A stretch of DNA of 64,000 nucleotides from Eledone cirrhosa (lineage: Eukaryota): NCBI GenBank assembly GCA_964016885.1, contig OZ024741.1:38068001-38132000 (forward strand), in the 5' to 3' direction. Shown one piece after another: positions 27,168-40,266 of the stretch. The position numbers were made by a program, and so were the translations under genes. Under the pieces are notes generated by a model. That model ran no database searches, had not been told where the DNA came from, and saw only the letters and a program-made list of their open reading frames with translations. The first letter of the stretch is position 1; each line of letters opens with the position of its first letter.

Positions 27168-29285
27168 CTCTTTGTATGTTAATGTACGCGTGTGTGTGTG
27201 TGTATATGTATATGTGTGTGTGTGTGTGTGAGAGAATGTGTGTGTGTGTGTGTGTGGGTGGACCAGTATTTTTGTGATACTGGTAAAAATGGTGTACATT
27301 ATTCGATATATTCAGCAAAAACGATTATCTCAATAGAACATCAAAAACCTTAATAATAAAAGGCGTGAAATGACATATAGAATTGGCATAAGACCAATGT
27401 GTGTGTGAGTGTCCAGATTGTACGTACTGCAAGGGTAATCCATGAGGCCTTGCCGTATTGGAATACTTGTATACAAATATGTATGTGCCCATCAGTGTGC
27501 AATGCATGTGTGTGTATATGTATGTGTGTGTGTGTCGGCACGTTTATATCTATAGACATCAAAAGGTATGCAAATTTGTGTATATTTGTGTTGCACCATA
27601 GAACATGTGTGTTTACGTATGTCATTGTGTTTATATGTGGATAGAGATGTATGTAGGATGTATGCTGATGTAGGTATGTATGTTGACGTGTGTATGTTGT
27701 GAGTTATTCTTAGGGAGAAGTGTTTAGAGGGGGTGCGTATTTGTTAATAAAGTGAGATTCCTTGCTGATGCGCTGGGTGTGGGTGGCATTATCTTTAAAT
27801 TTGTAGAGGGGAAAGATTCTGAAGTTGGGATGATTTTGGGCGGCACAGGTATCAATGTGTTCACTCAGTGGTATTTTCCTATATTCCCGTATTTTAATTT
27901 GGGATCTATGGACAGTAATGCGTTGGCGGAGGCTGTTTTTGGTCTGGCCTATGTATTGTTCTCGACAACCTGAGCAAGTTAATACATATATAAGATTTTC
28001 TGATGCGCATGTGAAATTGTGTTTTACTATATAACGTTGTCCTTCTTTGAAATAGAATTCCGAACCCTCTATTAGGTTGATGCAAATGCCACAGTTGGGT
28101 ATATCGCAATTTATTTTACTGTGGGTTTCGTTGTTGTGGTTGGAAGTACTTTGGCATGTGTTAGGATGTTTTTCATTGACTTAGATTGTCTTTTTCTCTT
28201 TATGATATGGTGTGTTCGTAGGATTTGGTTCATTCTATGGTCCTTTTTCAACACAGGGATGTTCTGGAGGATGGTGTCAAAGGTCTCATTGTTGAGGGGG
28301 TTGTGTGTGGAGATGTATGGAAGAGCTTTTAGTTTCGGTTGATTTACTTTAGGGTGTCTAAGGTTCTGGGTACTGAGTTTTAGGGCACGTTGGATTCCAT
28401 TGTCAATTAGTGATGCAGGGTAGTCCCTGCCTATGAGTGTGTCCTTTAGTTCTTGTAGCCGTAAGTAACAGGTGTTTTTATTGGAGACTATAGTACAAAT
28501 TCTCTTGGCTAAGTTGTAAGGAATATTAATTTTAACGTGTCTAGCGTGGCAAGAGTTGAAAGGAAGATATTGCTTGGAGTCTGTGGGCTTGTAGTATATG
28601 TCTGTTTCTATTTTTTTGTTATGAATCTTAATGAGGATGTCGAGGAAGGGGAGTTGTTGATGTCTGTATTCTATCCTGAAGTTAATATTCGTATTGATCC
28701 CATTTATAAGGGTGTGAAATTCTTTAAGTTTCTCGATGTTTTCGTGCCAAAGGATGAAGCAGTCATATAGATATCGCTTCCAGTTCCTTTCTATGTGTAA
28801 GTGGAGAGTGTTTCCAAATTTGTTTAGTACTTTAGTGTAGAGGGTGATTTCAAAGTATCCCATGACTAGGTTGGCATAAGTGGGGGCTGTTTTCGTTCCC
28901 ATAGCGGTCCCAGATTTCTGCCTGTAGGGTTTGTTATTGAAAACGAAGTAATTGTTCTCCAAGATAAATTTGAGTCCCTCTATCACGAATTCTTTTTTGA
29001 TGCGTTGTGGGAGTTCATTGTGGTAATTATCCAGCCAGAATTGGATAGCTTCTAATCCTAGGTTGTGGGGGATGTTGGAGTATAGGTTGACTACATCGAA
29101 CGTCACTAGTATGGTTTGTTCAGAAAGGGGCATATTAGGGAGGTGATTGAGCATATCTAGGTCGTCCCTTATATAGCTTTTGATGTGTTTGAGAAAAGGC
29201 TTGAGAAGGGTATCAATGAAGTTGCTAAGGCGGTGGGTTTCGCTAGCGGGGCCTGCTATTATAGGTCTTAATTTGAGATCATTAC
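26410..29285 (-). mobile_element. Penelope-like element remnant, second family
   Basis: RT ORF 28111-29154 extends upstream through LRPII; broken endonuclease region; decayed hammerhead TTGAAAA..GCAA-ccgg-TA at ~26567-26605. Confidence 0.8.
28111..29285 (-). pseudogene. Penelope-like reverse transcriptase
   Basis: TFDVVNLYSNIP, QKSGTAMGTKTAPTYANL, RYLYD (catalytic D lost), LPFLDI, YYKPTDSKQYL. Confidence 0.9.
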
Positions 29286-29289
29286 AACC

Positions 29290-30921
29290 AGGCCCTCAAG
29301 CGGAGTGGCTTCTGGGAGGAAATATCCTTTTATCCGGCTTCCCTTAGCGGATTCAGCAGGCGACACCGCTGCTCACGCAACGTAACGTGGTTCAATCCTC
29401 CCATAATGCCGGGGTAGCAACACCTATCGGGAAAATCTTCTTTAGACTCCTCGAAAAACACTTCCCACTATAACACCTCTACCACAACATAATCAACAAA
29501 AACACCATCAAACTTTCCTACAGCACCACACCTAACTTCGCACAAAACATCGTCTCCCCAAACAACAAAAAATTCAACCCATATGGAAAAAATAACCTAG
29601 ACATCAGTGGAGAGCCGACCAGGAGGTGTAACTGCCCTGATAGATCTACTTCCCCCCTCAACAAATGCTGAGAACGTAACGTGTCTACCAGTGCAACGTG
29701 AGGACGGACACCTCAAACAAAGCATATATAGGATTAACGGCGTGTGACTTCAAGACCCGGCTCTACCAACACCGACATACTTTTCGAAACCCGGTCCAGC
29801 GACATGCCACTACACTTTTGGGCCACATCTGGGACTTCCAAGATAATAATATAACCTACAATTTCACTTGGAGCTTACTTTCCAAAGCTAACTCTTACAC
29901 AGGAGGATGCCGTCCGTGTAACTTATGCGCGGAGGAAATATTACAAATGCTGTTTTCGAAGGACCAACTCCTAAGCAAGAAAGAGGAACTGGTAACCGCA
30001 TGCAAACACAGATTGTGTAGGACTTACCTCGTCCTCAAACCCCATAACGACCCTGGTGGGTAGACAAGGGCTGATACCCCACTACTTGCCGAATAAGTTA
30101 GGGGAAACCCCAGCTTACTTAGGTAGATGTATCTCTTTTCTTTTCTTTTCCTCTGTCTTTTTCTTCCCCCTGTTTCTTTCCACCCCCTATTTTCTTCCTC
30201 GTCTGCTTTTCCCCTTCGCCTTCCCCGATGCAGCCCATCGGGCCTCTGTAGCATCAGTTACCCTACCCCTGTAATTTTAAGATAGAATTGGCCGAATACG
30301 TTTTACTAACTACTTATAGCAGACGTGTTAAACCCCTTTAATTCTGTATCACTTCTGGTACTACTCAATTTCTACAAGTTTTTTCTATTCTCAACTTATT
30401 AACCTGTAATTGTAAGATAGCATTGCGATTTTTTTAATTAATTTCTCACTATCTAATTTTATATATTTTTTTTTTTTTTCTATTATCTTTTATTCTCTCC
30501 TACTCTCATTCGATTTACCTATTCTATAACCTCCCTCCTCCACTTCATACACTAGCCTTAGATTCTGCTGTATACATATCACTTTCAACGCTTGACTGCT
30601 CCACTCACTCCCCTATTGTTCTACAAGCAAGTTCAGCCACCCCTACCTCCCACCAAATACCATGTTAGACTTATTTGTGTTTACAACAAGTTATATCCTC
30701 TTGACAACTACGATCTTCCCATATAAGGAAGTACCCCTTGAAAAGTTCGGCTATTTATTCACCAGGTTAAAAATTCTAATTTAGTCCAGAAATAGCCGTC
30801 GAAACAGCTTGAGCTCTGCCGTCGGGGTGATACTTTTTCCTATTTCCCACTCTAATACCCTAAGTATTGAGTACACTGGTGCGTTATGGTCCCTCTGGTT
30901 CCTTACCACAATTCCTTTGTT
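29290..30921 (+). mobile_element. Penelope-like element 3' part (GIY-YIG + pLTR), third family
   Basis: WFNPP motif, 'AYIGLTACDFKTRLYQH', CNLCAEE; pLTR with a hammerhead, ends at (TA)n. Confidence 0.85.
30733..30828 (+). ncRNA. Hammerhead ribozyme, U3-A8 core, long loop II
   Basis: acccc-TTGAAAA-gtt cggctattt...aaatagccg tc-GAAA-stem III-GTC-ggggt. Confidence 0.72.
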
Positions 30922-31209
30922 ATATATATATATATATATATATATAAATACAAATAAATTATCGAGGATCGGAATCTCGGCCCACGAAATAACGAAACAC
31001 AATCTTCGAAATGCGTGGCAAAGTGCTCAATAGTTTGGATAAACCAGAGCTATAACTAACGTTTAAATACCAACACACTGAGACGATGCTTAAACAATCA
31101 TTCGCACAGCCGAAAAAACGACCAAGAAAATTCGGGTCAGACAGATAATAATATATATTAACAAAGATGTTTGGTATACATATATATATATATGTATACA
31201 TACATATAA

Positions 31210-31254
<45 letters not shown>

Positions 31255-31351
31255 GTATATATATATATGTATACATATATATATATGTATATATATTTAT
31301 ATGTATGTATACATATATATATATATGATACCAAGCATCTTTGTTATCTTT

Positions 31352-31442
<91 letters not shown>

Positions 31443-31464
31443 AATATATGTATATATATATATT

Positions 31465-31496
<32 letters not shown>

Positions 31497-31525
31497 GTAT
31501 ATATATATATATATAGTATATATAT

Positions 31526-31569
<44 letters not shown>

Positions 31570-31973
31570 ATATTAAGAAACACACAGATACATGCGGACA
31601 CACACATATACATGAATATATCCACATCCATCCTTGAGTTAATGGTGCCAACCTTAACCGATGTTGCTCTATGAATAATATGTGTATCTGTGTGTCTCTC
31701 AATATATTGTTTATAACTCCCTCTGGTCGAGTAATCTTTGAAGTGTAGTGACTGCTGGAAAGCTGCCATTACTCATACTTTTCGCTTCCTTAACCACCTC
31801 TTCTACGGCCTCGATATAAATACCCCCTCCGCCTCCGTGGTATTTTTTTCAGGGTTATAAGGGGCTTAGCTCTGTTTCTTGACCTTTGTATCACGTGACT
31901 GACTCCCCCTCCGCCTTTTGGGATTCTATCTCACATCTTATAGTCGTATTCTTGAGGCTAGTAAAATGAGGTA

Positions 31974-32063
31974 TCCTCTTGATAAGTCGGCAGACCTCAC
32001 AGAAGCTCTATATCTCTATGATGTATTGTTTTTGATTATGCCACGAAACTACGTAGTCGAGGA
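31974..32063 (+). ncRNA. Type I hammerhead ribozyme, U3-A8 core
   Basis: tcctc-TTGATAA-gtcggca...tgccac-GAAA-ctacgtag-TC-gagga. Confidence 0.8.
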
Positions 32064-32566
32064 ATCTAGAAGCAGTTTAGGTATAATATATCTTATTACT
32101 AATTATATCTAAATGTTTCTTCTCTCTTCATAATGTACTTTTAGCTCTGATACTGGTTCAGTCTAATCCATTCGGATTGGTTTGTCCCAGTTATTCATAG
32201 AGCAACATCGGTTAAGGTTGGCACCATTAACTCAAGGATGGATGTAGATATATTCATGTATATGTGTGTGTCCGCATGTATCAGTGTGTTTCTCAATATA
32301 TTGTTTATAACTCTCTCTGGTCGAGTAATCTTTGAAGTGTAGTGACTGCTGGAAAGCTGCCATTACTCATACTTCTCGCCTCCTTAACCACCTCTTCTAC
32401 GGCCTCGATATAAATACCCCCTCCGCCTCCGTGGTATTTTTTCAGGGTTATAAGGGGCTTAGCTCTGATTCTTGACCGTTGTATCACGTGACTGACTCCC
32501 CCTCCGCCTTTTGGGATTCTATCTCACATCTTATAGACGTGTTCTTGAGGCTAGTAAAATGAGGTA

Positions 32567-32656
32567 TCCTCTTGATAAGTCGGCAGACCTCACAAAAGCT
32601 CTATATCTCTATGATGTATTGTTTTTGATTATGCCACGAAACTACGTAGTTGAGGA
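32567..32656 (+). ncRNA. Type I hammerhead ribozyme, U3-A8 core, GUU triplet
   Basis: Second tandem copy of 31974-32063. Confidence 0.78.
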
Positions 32657-32803
32657 ATCTAGAAGCAGTTTAGGTATGATACATCTTATTACTAATTATA
32701 TCTAAATGTTTCTTCTCTCTTCATAATATATATATATATATTGAAAAGATAACAAAGATGCTTGGTATACATATATATATATATATGTATACATACATAT
32801 AAA

Positions 32804-32837
<34 letters not shown>

Positions 32838-32852
32838 CATATATATATATAC

Positions 32853-32934
<82 letters not shown>

Positions 32935-33361
32935 ATATATTTATATGTATGTATACATATATATATATATGTATACCAAACATCTTTGTTAATATATATT
33001 ATTATTTGTCTGACCCGAATTTTCTTGGTCGTTTTTTCGGCTGTGCGAATGATTGTTTAAGCATCGTCTCAGTGTGTTGGTATTTAAACGTTAGTTATAG
33101 CTCTGGTTTATCCAAACTATTGAGCACTTTGCCACGCATTTCGAAGATGGTGTTTCGTTATTTCGTAGGCCGAGATTCCGATCCTCGATAATTTATTTGT
33201 ATTTATCTCCAGTCTTTAGCTATTGATCAGTTAATTTTATTGATTTTTTAGTTGATCCTATTGACTGATGAATAGCTCATGTTAATTTTATATGTATATA
33301 TATATGTATATATATATGTATATATATGTATATATATATGTATACATTTGTTATATATATT

Positions 33362-33454
<93 letters not shown>

Positions 33455-33524
33455 CAAATGTATACATATATATATACATATATATACATATATATATACA
33501 TATTTATATATATTTATATATATT

Positions 33525-33643
<119 letters not shown>

Positions 33644-33712
33644 AAAAAGGGATGAAATCGAAAATGCAACTGAAGTCTTATTTTAAAAAAAAATATATAT
33701 ATTTATTTGGTT

Positions 33713-33750
33713 CCTTTACCGGTTTCGCAGTTCTTCTGCTTTTCAAAAGT
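33713..33750 (-). ncRNA. Minimal hammerhead motif, U3-A8 core
   Basis: ctt-TTGAAAA-gcag/ctgc-GAAA-ccgg-TA-aag; stem I only ~3 bp. Confidence 0.62.
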
Positions 33751-33908
33751 AGAGTTGAGATGGAGGGTCTGTGGTTTTTCTCACAGATGTGAGAAAAACC
33801 ACAGACCCTCAGACTTCAGTTGCATTTTCGATTTCATCCCTTTTTCTTTATACTTCCACTCGTGTAGGACACCTCGGTTATTTTTCATTTTGTAAAAAAA
33901 ACCTCACT

Positions 33909-33949
<41 letters not shown>

Positions 33950-33983
33950 CAAATGTATATATATATATATAACAAATGTATAC

Positions 33984-34127
<144 letters not shown>

Positions 34128-34169
34128 GTATATATGTATATATATGTATATATATATGTATACATTTGT

Positions 34170-34205
<36 letters not shown>

Positions 34206-34218
34206 AATATATATATAT

Positions 34219-34809
34219 ATGGTGGCTGCCAACTCGTTTTCGAGTACGGCCACTACTTTATATCCATGTAGGTGAACCCCTACCGATGCGCTGAACGAGT
34301 GTGACTTTTTAGTCCAGCCAGCGACTCGAAAACTCTGGTACAAACACTACACTTGTGACAATTATTGACACATAGTGCTGGGCCCATGGTACCATGTGAC
34401 GACAAGTGCAGAGAGATCTCCAGATACAAAGCAATGCCTGTGCCGTGAAGCTTTTATAGTGATCAAAGGCACTGCACAAAGCCAGTCCCACTCTCTTAAC
34501 CAAGATGATATTTACCAAAAAGAAGAACAAGTCAACGTCATTGGATACCATCAGGGTTGCAGATGTTATATCAGAGTTTTCCTTCTCCTAGAATTCTGCC
34601 TTGACAAAGGCTAAGGGGTCATCTCTCCCAGTGATTTTGGATGGCCATTGACTGGTAACATGTATCCCAGTACAACCTGTCTCATGGTCGGGTCGTTGGC
34701 GACTAAACTGGCAACCCCACCAAGGTTTCTTGGTGAGGAGGGTGACTTTGGACATCCTGCAGGACTAAAAACAAAACCTGTCAAAGGGCAAAGGAGCTCT
34801 TAAGAGTCA

Positions 34810-34810
<1 letters not shown>
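34219..34810 (-). mobile_element. Non-autonomous RTE-derived element with 5' inversion
   Basis: 34219-34654 is minus sense; 34651-34810 is the 5' portion in the opposite orientation. Confidence 0.88.
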
Positions 34811-34842
<32 letters not shown>

Positions 34843-34846
34843 CATA

Positions 34847-34927
<81 letters not shown>

Positions 34928-35067
34928 CGTATTTCCAAGCGTTGAATACGCTACTTTTTTTCTAAAATTTCCCGCAAGCCGAAGGTTATCATTTTTCTTC
35001 AAATTTTTGGTTGTCAAAATTAGGGTTCGTCCTCGAGGACGAAGCATCTTCGGCGCCGGGAAATACG
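34928..35067. mobile_element. Short MITE-like element
   Basis: Terminal inverted cgtatttcc/ggaaatacg, flanked by TA-rich sequence. Confidence 0.5.
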
Positions 35068-35547
35068 AAATATATTTATATATACACACACATACACACG
35101 CGCGCGCACGCGCGCGCGCACACACACACACACACACTTATATATATATAGCATAACATAGTCCTAATACGTAAAGAAGTATTTGATTATTTAATAATTC
35201 AACTACACAAAGCGAGTTCTCGTTCACCATGCGGCCTCGGCAAATGAAATGTATGCATAATTTCTTGGTAATTATACCATTATTTTTTTAAGAATTAAAA
35301 CTTTGCTGAAGATTATTGCAGATCCTTCAATTATTGGTGCTTCCAATAATAGCTTCTTCTACAAACAAAACCATGTTAGGGAGATCGTTATAAAAGCTAG
35401 TATAGATAGAATTTATTTTTTTCTATCTGGTGTGTACACCCATAAACAGAGTTTTTCTCAATTAAACTTATTATATAATATTGCTTCGCTGAGCGATTTC
35501 ACTCATTGAGATACTTAAGTATTAGAGACTAATTAACCTTTAATTAA

Positions 35548-35585
<38 letters not shown>

Positions 35586-35586
<1 letters not shown>

Positions 35587-35754
35587 TAGCCGAATTACCC
35601 GCGCCTTACTGCGTTTCACACATTTTTTTTGTAAGAAAATGATGATTGATTTTAAATCGGCCGCTAGAAATCTAGAAACAGTCTTAGCTACACGCATGCG
35701 CGAACAGGTGCAGGAAGATAACGGGAAAACGAATATATAAATTTACAATTCAAA

Positions 35755-35832
<78 letters not shown>

Positions 35833-36035
35833 TTAAAGGTTAATTAGTCTCTAATATATATATATATACTAGCCGAATTACCCGCACCTTGGTGTGTTTC
35901 ACACATTTCTTTTGTAAGAAAGTGATGATTGATTTTAAATCAGCGCAGTGATATAATTTATGCACAAACAGTTTGCTTTTCAATATTACTCAATATAAAA
36001 TGTAAAGCATGAAAAATTGGAAAACATTATTTTTT
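35586..36035 (-). mobile_element. Two Helitron-like 3' ends (35586 and 35868)
   Basis: Reverse strand reads GC-rich hairpin ...gcgggtaattcggCTAG|T; duplicated. Confidence 0.5.
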
Positions 36036-36078
36036 GTATTAGCAGAGTCTGCAGCCATCATATATATATATCTATCTA

Positions 36079-36116
<38 letters not shown>

Positions 36117-36119
<3 letters not shown>

Positions 36120-36189
36120 TTCCTTTATGAATTTGTTTTGCAAGATTTTTCATCTGAAAACGTGTGTTGAAACAGATATTGTTATACTT

Positions 36190-36231
<42 letters not shown>

Positions 36232-36596
36232 CATACTTTGGGAGGGTCATGCTGCCAATAAAAACACACGCACCTGTTGGTTTTTACTTCAATTTATTAT
36301 AAATTTTCGGCTGGTTGGTTCGATAACCGGATGGTTGTTTATATATTGTCAAAGCTTTTCCGTTACACATTCTGAGACCTCCTCAATGACCGGGTTTTTA
36401 ATTTGTATCTCTCCTCTCTTTTGTCCTTCACCATCTTGTTTTTGTGTGTTGTGTGCCGGAAATGTATAATACATTGAAGTGAAAACAACAGGTGCGTGTA
36501 TTTTTATTGGCAGCATGACCCTCCCAAAGTATAACAATATCTGTTTCAACACACGTTTTCAGATAAGAAATCTTGCAAAACAAATTCATAAAGGAA

Positions 36597-36598
<2 letters not shown>
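36117..36598. mobile_element. Inverted Penelope pLTR pair, related to 53410-54747
   Basis: 36117-36275 is inverted at 36488-36598; degenerate hammerhead at 36348-36390. Confidence 0.7.
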
Positions 36599-36644
<46 letters not shown>

Positions 36645-36652
<8 letters not shown>

Positions 36653-37114
36653 TGCAGACTCTGCTAAGAGTCTTGCAATCGCTTGTAACAGATCCTGAAC
36701 AAGCAATGCCTGTGCTTTGAAGATTTTTTAAGTGGGGAAAGGCCTTGCACTCGACCAATCCCACCCTCTAAGCATCGAAAGCACTACTCGAAATGGAGAA
36801 CTGGTCAACATCATAGGATGCTTCCGAAGCTGCAGGTTTTTTTTCAGACTTTCCCTCTTTAGAAAGGTGTTGCGACAACAACTTGCGGGGGGGGGGGGCT
36901 TTCACTCCCCAAAAACTACTATTTGGATGGCCGTTGACTCTATTGAATTTCTCCGCCCTCTGCCGGGTCTTGTATTTCATCCCACCGGGTGTCCAAATAC
37001 CACCCTCCTCACCAAGCAAGTTTGGTGGGGTTGCCAGTTTAGTCGCCGACGACCCGACCATGAGACACGTTGTACTGGGTTACATGTTATCAGTAGCACT
37101 CGGGAGCGATCTGA
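36645..37114 (-). mobile_element. Second short RTE-related element family
   Basis: 5' ~130 nt closely matches the head of 60345-60954, body diverged, 3' end ...gcagccatca. Confidence 0.7.
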
Positions 37115-37126
37115 CATATATATATA

Positions 37127-37234
<108 letters not shown>

Positions 37235-38329
37235 GCGAGAGTTGTTTGTTTGTTGTGGTTGTTTGCTTCCTTGGTTTATTTATTTGTGCTAGTTTAGTAG
37301 GTGTTGTGGGGTGAGTTGATGAAGTTGAATGGGTGGTTTGTAGGACGTGTTCATGGCAAGTGATTAAAGTGTGTCTCAGTGAATCGAGAGAATTGTTGCT
37401 GTGAAGTCTGGACATGGTTGATGAAACCAGTAGCTTGATGCTGTGATGCGATATTACTGCGGATAGACGATTTTCCCCAATCACATTAATATGAATTTAC
37501 AAATGAACGAGACAGTTAATTTCTATGTATTTTATTTGTTACGTGATTTACTCCCAAATTCTGTGAAGTAATGAACAAATAGAAGAAAAGTACATGTATA
37601 ATTGTGAATTATTAAGTTGGTTGGATTGTATGTGTGTGGATGTAGAATCTAAAAGTATTGAATTCTAATTACTTTAGCTGAAGTGGGTATTTGTGGTCAG
37701 AACAGCTGACCACCTAGGTCGGAGCTGCCTGGCCAGCTTGGAGGCGAGCGAAATCTGTCTATGGATGGCAGAGCGAAAAGGCAGACAGTACTTTTTGGGG
37801 GTCAAAATATGTTTTATATAAAATAGCCAGGTCCCCAGAAACACTATACAGATGGCCTTACCTTTTAAACAAAGGCAGTAATTCAAATGACGACGTGTGA
37901 CCTCAAACAATGGAACTAGTATCTAAATAAGCCTGACTGAGGTTAAAGGTCAGTGTGGCTTGATATACGACAACTTGAGAACATGGGAACAATCCCATTG
38001 AGGTTTCGCTACATTTCCCCAAGACAATATAATATTTCACTACTTATCTCTACAATTATATCAAAATCTTGTTAAAATAGAAAGGATCCAGAAATCGACA
38101 GTCTCAGAAATAAGGAGTTGAATAGAGTGTCGTTTTAATAACGTGAATATCGTGGGTTCAAACCTGATATTGATTACCTTTCGATTTCCTTTTAAGACGG
38201 AAATTGGTAGAGTAGTGAGACTGTTCGATGGAATGTCTTGCAGTATTCGTTTCATTTTTTTTTTTGCTCAATTACCACTGAGATAAACTTTGCTTTCGTC
38301 CTTTCGGGATCGATAAATAAAGTATCACT

Positions 38330-38830
38330 GGTGGCTGCTCATGGGTGGATGTTGTTTACCTTGACTTTGCTAAAGCTTTCAACTCTGTGTCACACAAATT
38401 ACTTATGGCAAAACTCTCTGCAATGGATGTGAAGGATAATCTTTTTAACTGGTTGAAGTCCTTCATTCTCAGTCGAAGAGAAGTAGTCACGGTTCTAGGA
38501 CAGCATTCCTCACCGTATGAGATGTCATTTGGTGTACCACAGGGATCTGTTCTTGGTCCCCTTTTGTTTGTGGCATATATTAATGACAACGATGCCAACT
38601 TAAAGAATGCCACAGTACTGAAATATGCAGATGACATCAAGCTGTACCTTGAGATAAAAAGGACAGATCCTGAACACTACGGATCTTTCCTGCAATCAGA
38701 CCTGGACACAATGCAACAACGGATCACGGACTGGCAACTCAAGTTGGCTGTGGACAAGTGTACCACCATGCATTTTGGGAGTAAAAACCCAGCGTCCACA
38801 TACTCCCTCCACAATACTAATATCAACTGG
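38330..38830 (+). pseudogene. CR1/Jockey-group LINE reverse transcriptase fragment
   Basis: DVVYLDFAKAFNSVSH, GVPQGSVLGPLLFVAYIND, YADDIKLY, LQSDLD. Confidence 0.9.
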
Positions 38831-39123
38831 CGCCAACTCTTCTTTTTTCTCAATTTCTCACTTTCTCTCTCCGATTTGGGAACAATGACTGTTCAGACTT
38901 GTATAGGGATGGGCTCTGCCAAGTTTTGGATGTCATGACGGCTTCTCTATGATTTCAACAGGACTTGACGGAATGATACACGTTAAGCTAACCAAAATAT
39001 ATTAACATTTGACTGCTATCAGCCTTTTGTCAGGTCAGATGAGATATAAATACTTGTATATACGCCATCTCACTCTCTTCCTCTCACTCACTCACCCTCT
39101 CTTCTCTATCTATCTATTTAAAT

Positions 39124-39155
<32 letters not shown>

Positions 39156-39206
39156 GTGCTGACTGGAGAAGGTGTTTGCTCAATATTGAAGAAGACTTTA
39201 ATATTA

Positions 39207-39405
39207 GTTTCTGATTTTAACACAAGGCCAACAATTTTGGTGGAGGAGAAAGTCGATTAAATCGACTCCACTGTATTACTGGTACTTTATTTTATCGACC
39301 CCGCAAGGATGAAAGAAAAAACTAACCTCGATAGGATTTGAACTTAGAACGCAAAGTGACGTAAAGCATGTTGTCGGAAGCTCTACCGATTCTGCCAATC
39401 CACCA
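39207..39405 (-). mobile_element. tRNA-derived SINE, diverged
   Basis: 'tactggtactttattttatcgacccc' core. Confidence 0.75.
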
Positions 39406-40235
39406 TATTATTATTCATTGTGGCTAAATAATGAGGTTTGTTACTCTGGAGTTTCACCTGTGTACTTGCAGGTGAATCTCCAGAGTGACAAGACTCATCA
39501 CTTAGCCACAATAAATAATTATATTGTCTGCTCAATAGAAAGGTTTATCACTCTAGTGTACATAATACTTTTTAGACCAGACATACTTTTAAAAAGCCGT
39601 CCACATAAATTGCAGATTAGTTTTATGCAGCTTGGACTGTCTGAGAATCTTGATGAACCATAGATACATCGAACGTATGGCCTATTTACATATTTCCCCA
39701 TCCTTTATGTCAAGACCTTTGGTTTTAAAAACACACATAAATGTATAAGTATAAGGTTCAAATAAAGTCTTATACGTATGTATACCAATGATATGCGTGT
39801 GTATATCACAGAAGTATGTCTGTATTATGTATAACACGCATAATTGCATTAAATAATCCTGCTAATACCTCACACACACACACACACACACATACATACA
39901 TATATATATATACATCCATGCATACATACATACATTCACAATACATACACATATACATACGTACATATATATACATGCATATAATATATGCATACATACA
40001 TACATACATGCATACATACATTCATAATACATACATACATATATACATAAATAAATTCATACATAATACTTACATACATGATATACACATATATACGTAC
40101 ATACACAATACATACACTCATTATACTTACATAGATACACACATACATTCATACATACATATATAGGTATATGCATATAAACAGACATTCACAATACATA
40201 GATACATAGTTATACATAATAATTACATACATGAT

Positions 40236-40266
<31 letters not shown>

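Larger units (their letters stand above)
31567..32725 (+). mobile_element. Retrozyme-like tandem array, 593-nt unit (~1.75 units + inverted 5' piece)
   Basis: Hammerheads at 31974 and 32567; 31567-31680 is the reverse complement of ~32190-32303; flanked by (TA)n. Confidence 0.8.
30945..33205. repeat. Long inverted repeat arms (~30945-31352 / ~32743-33205) enclosing the 593-nt array
   Basis: Direct complementarity of the non-microsatellite parts; related diverged sequence at ~45690-45915. Confidence 0.8.

Noticed and set aside
35180-35270. Possible hammerhead (TTGATTA...GAAA-tgtatgca-TA)
   Set aside because: Positions 3 and 8 unpaired and stems weak
39560-39625. Zinc-finger-like CNLCGRLFKSMSGLKS on the minus strand
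   Set aside because: Histidines missing; best explained as an old RTE 3' remnant, not a host gene
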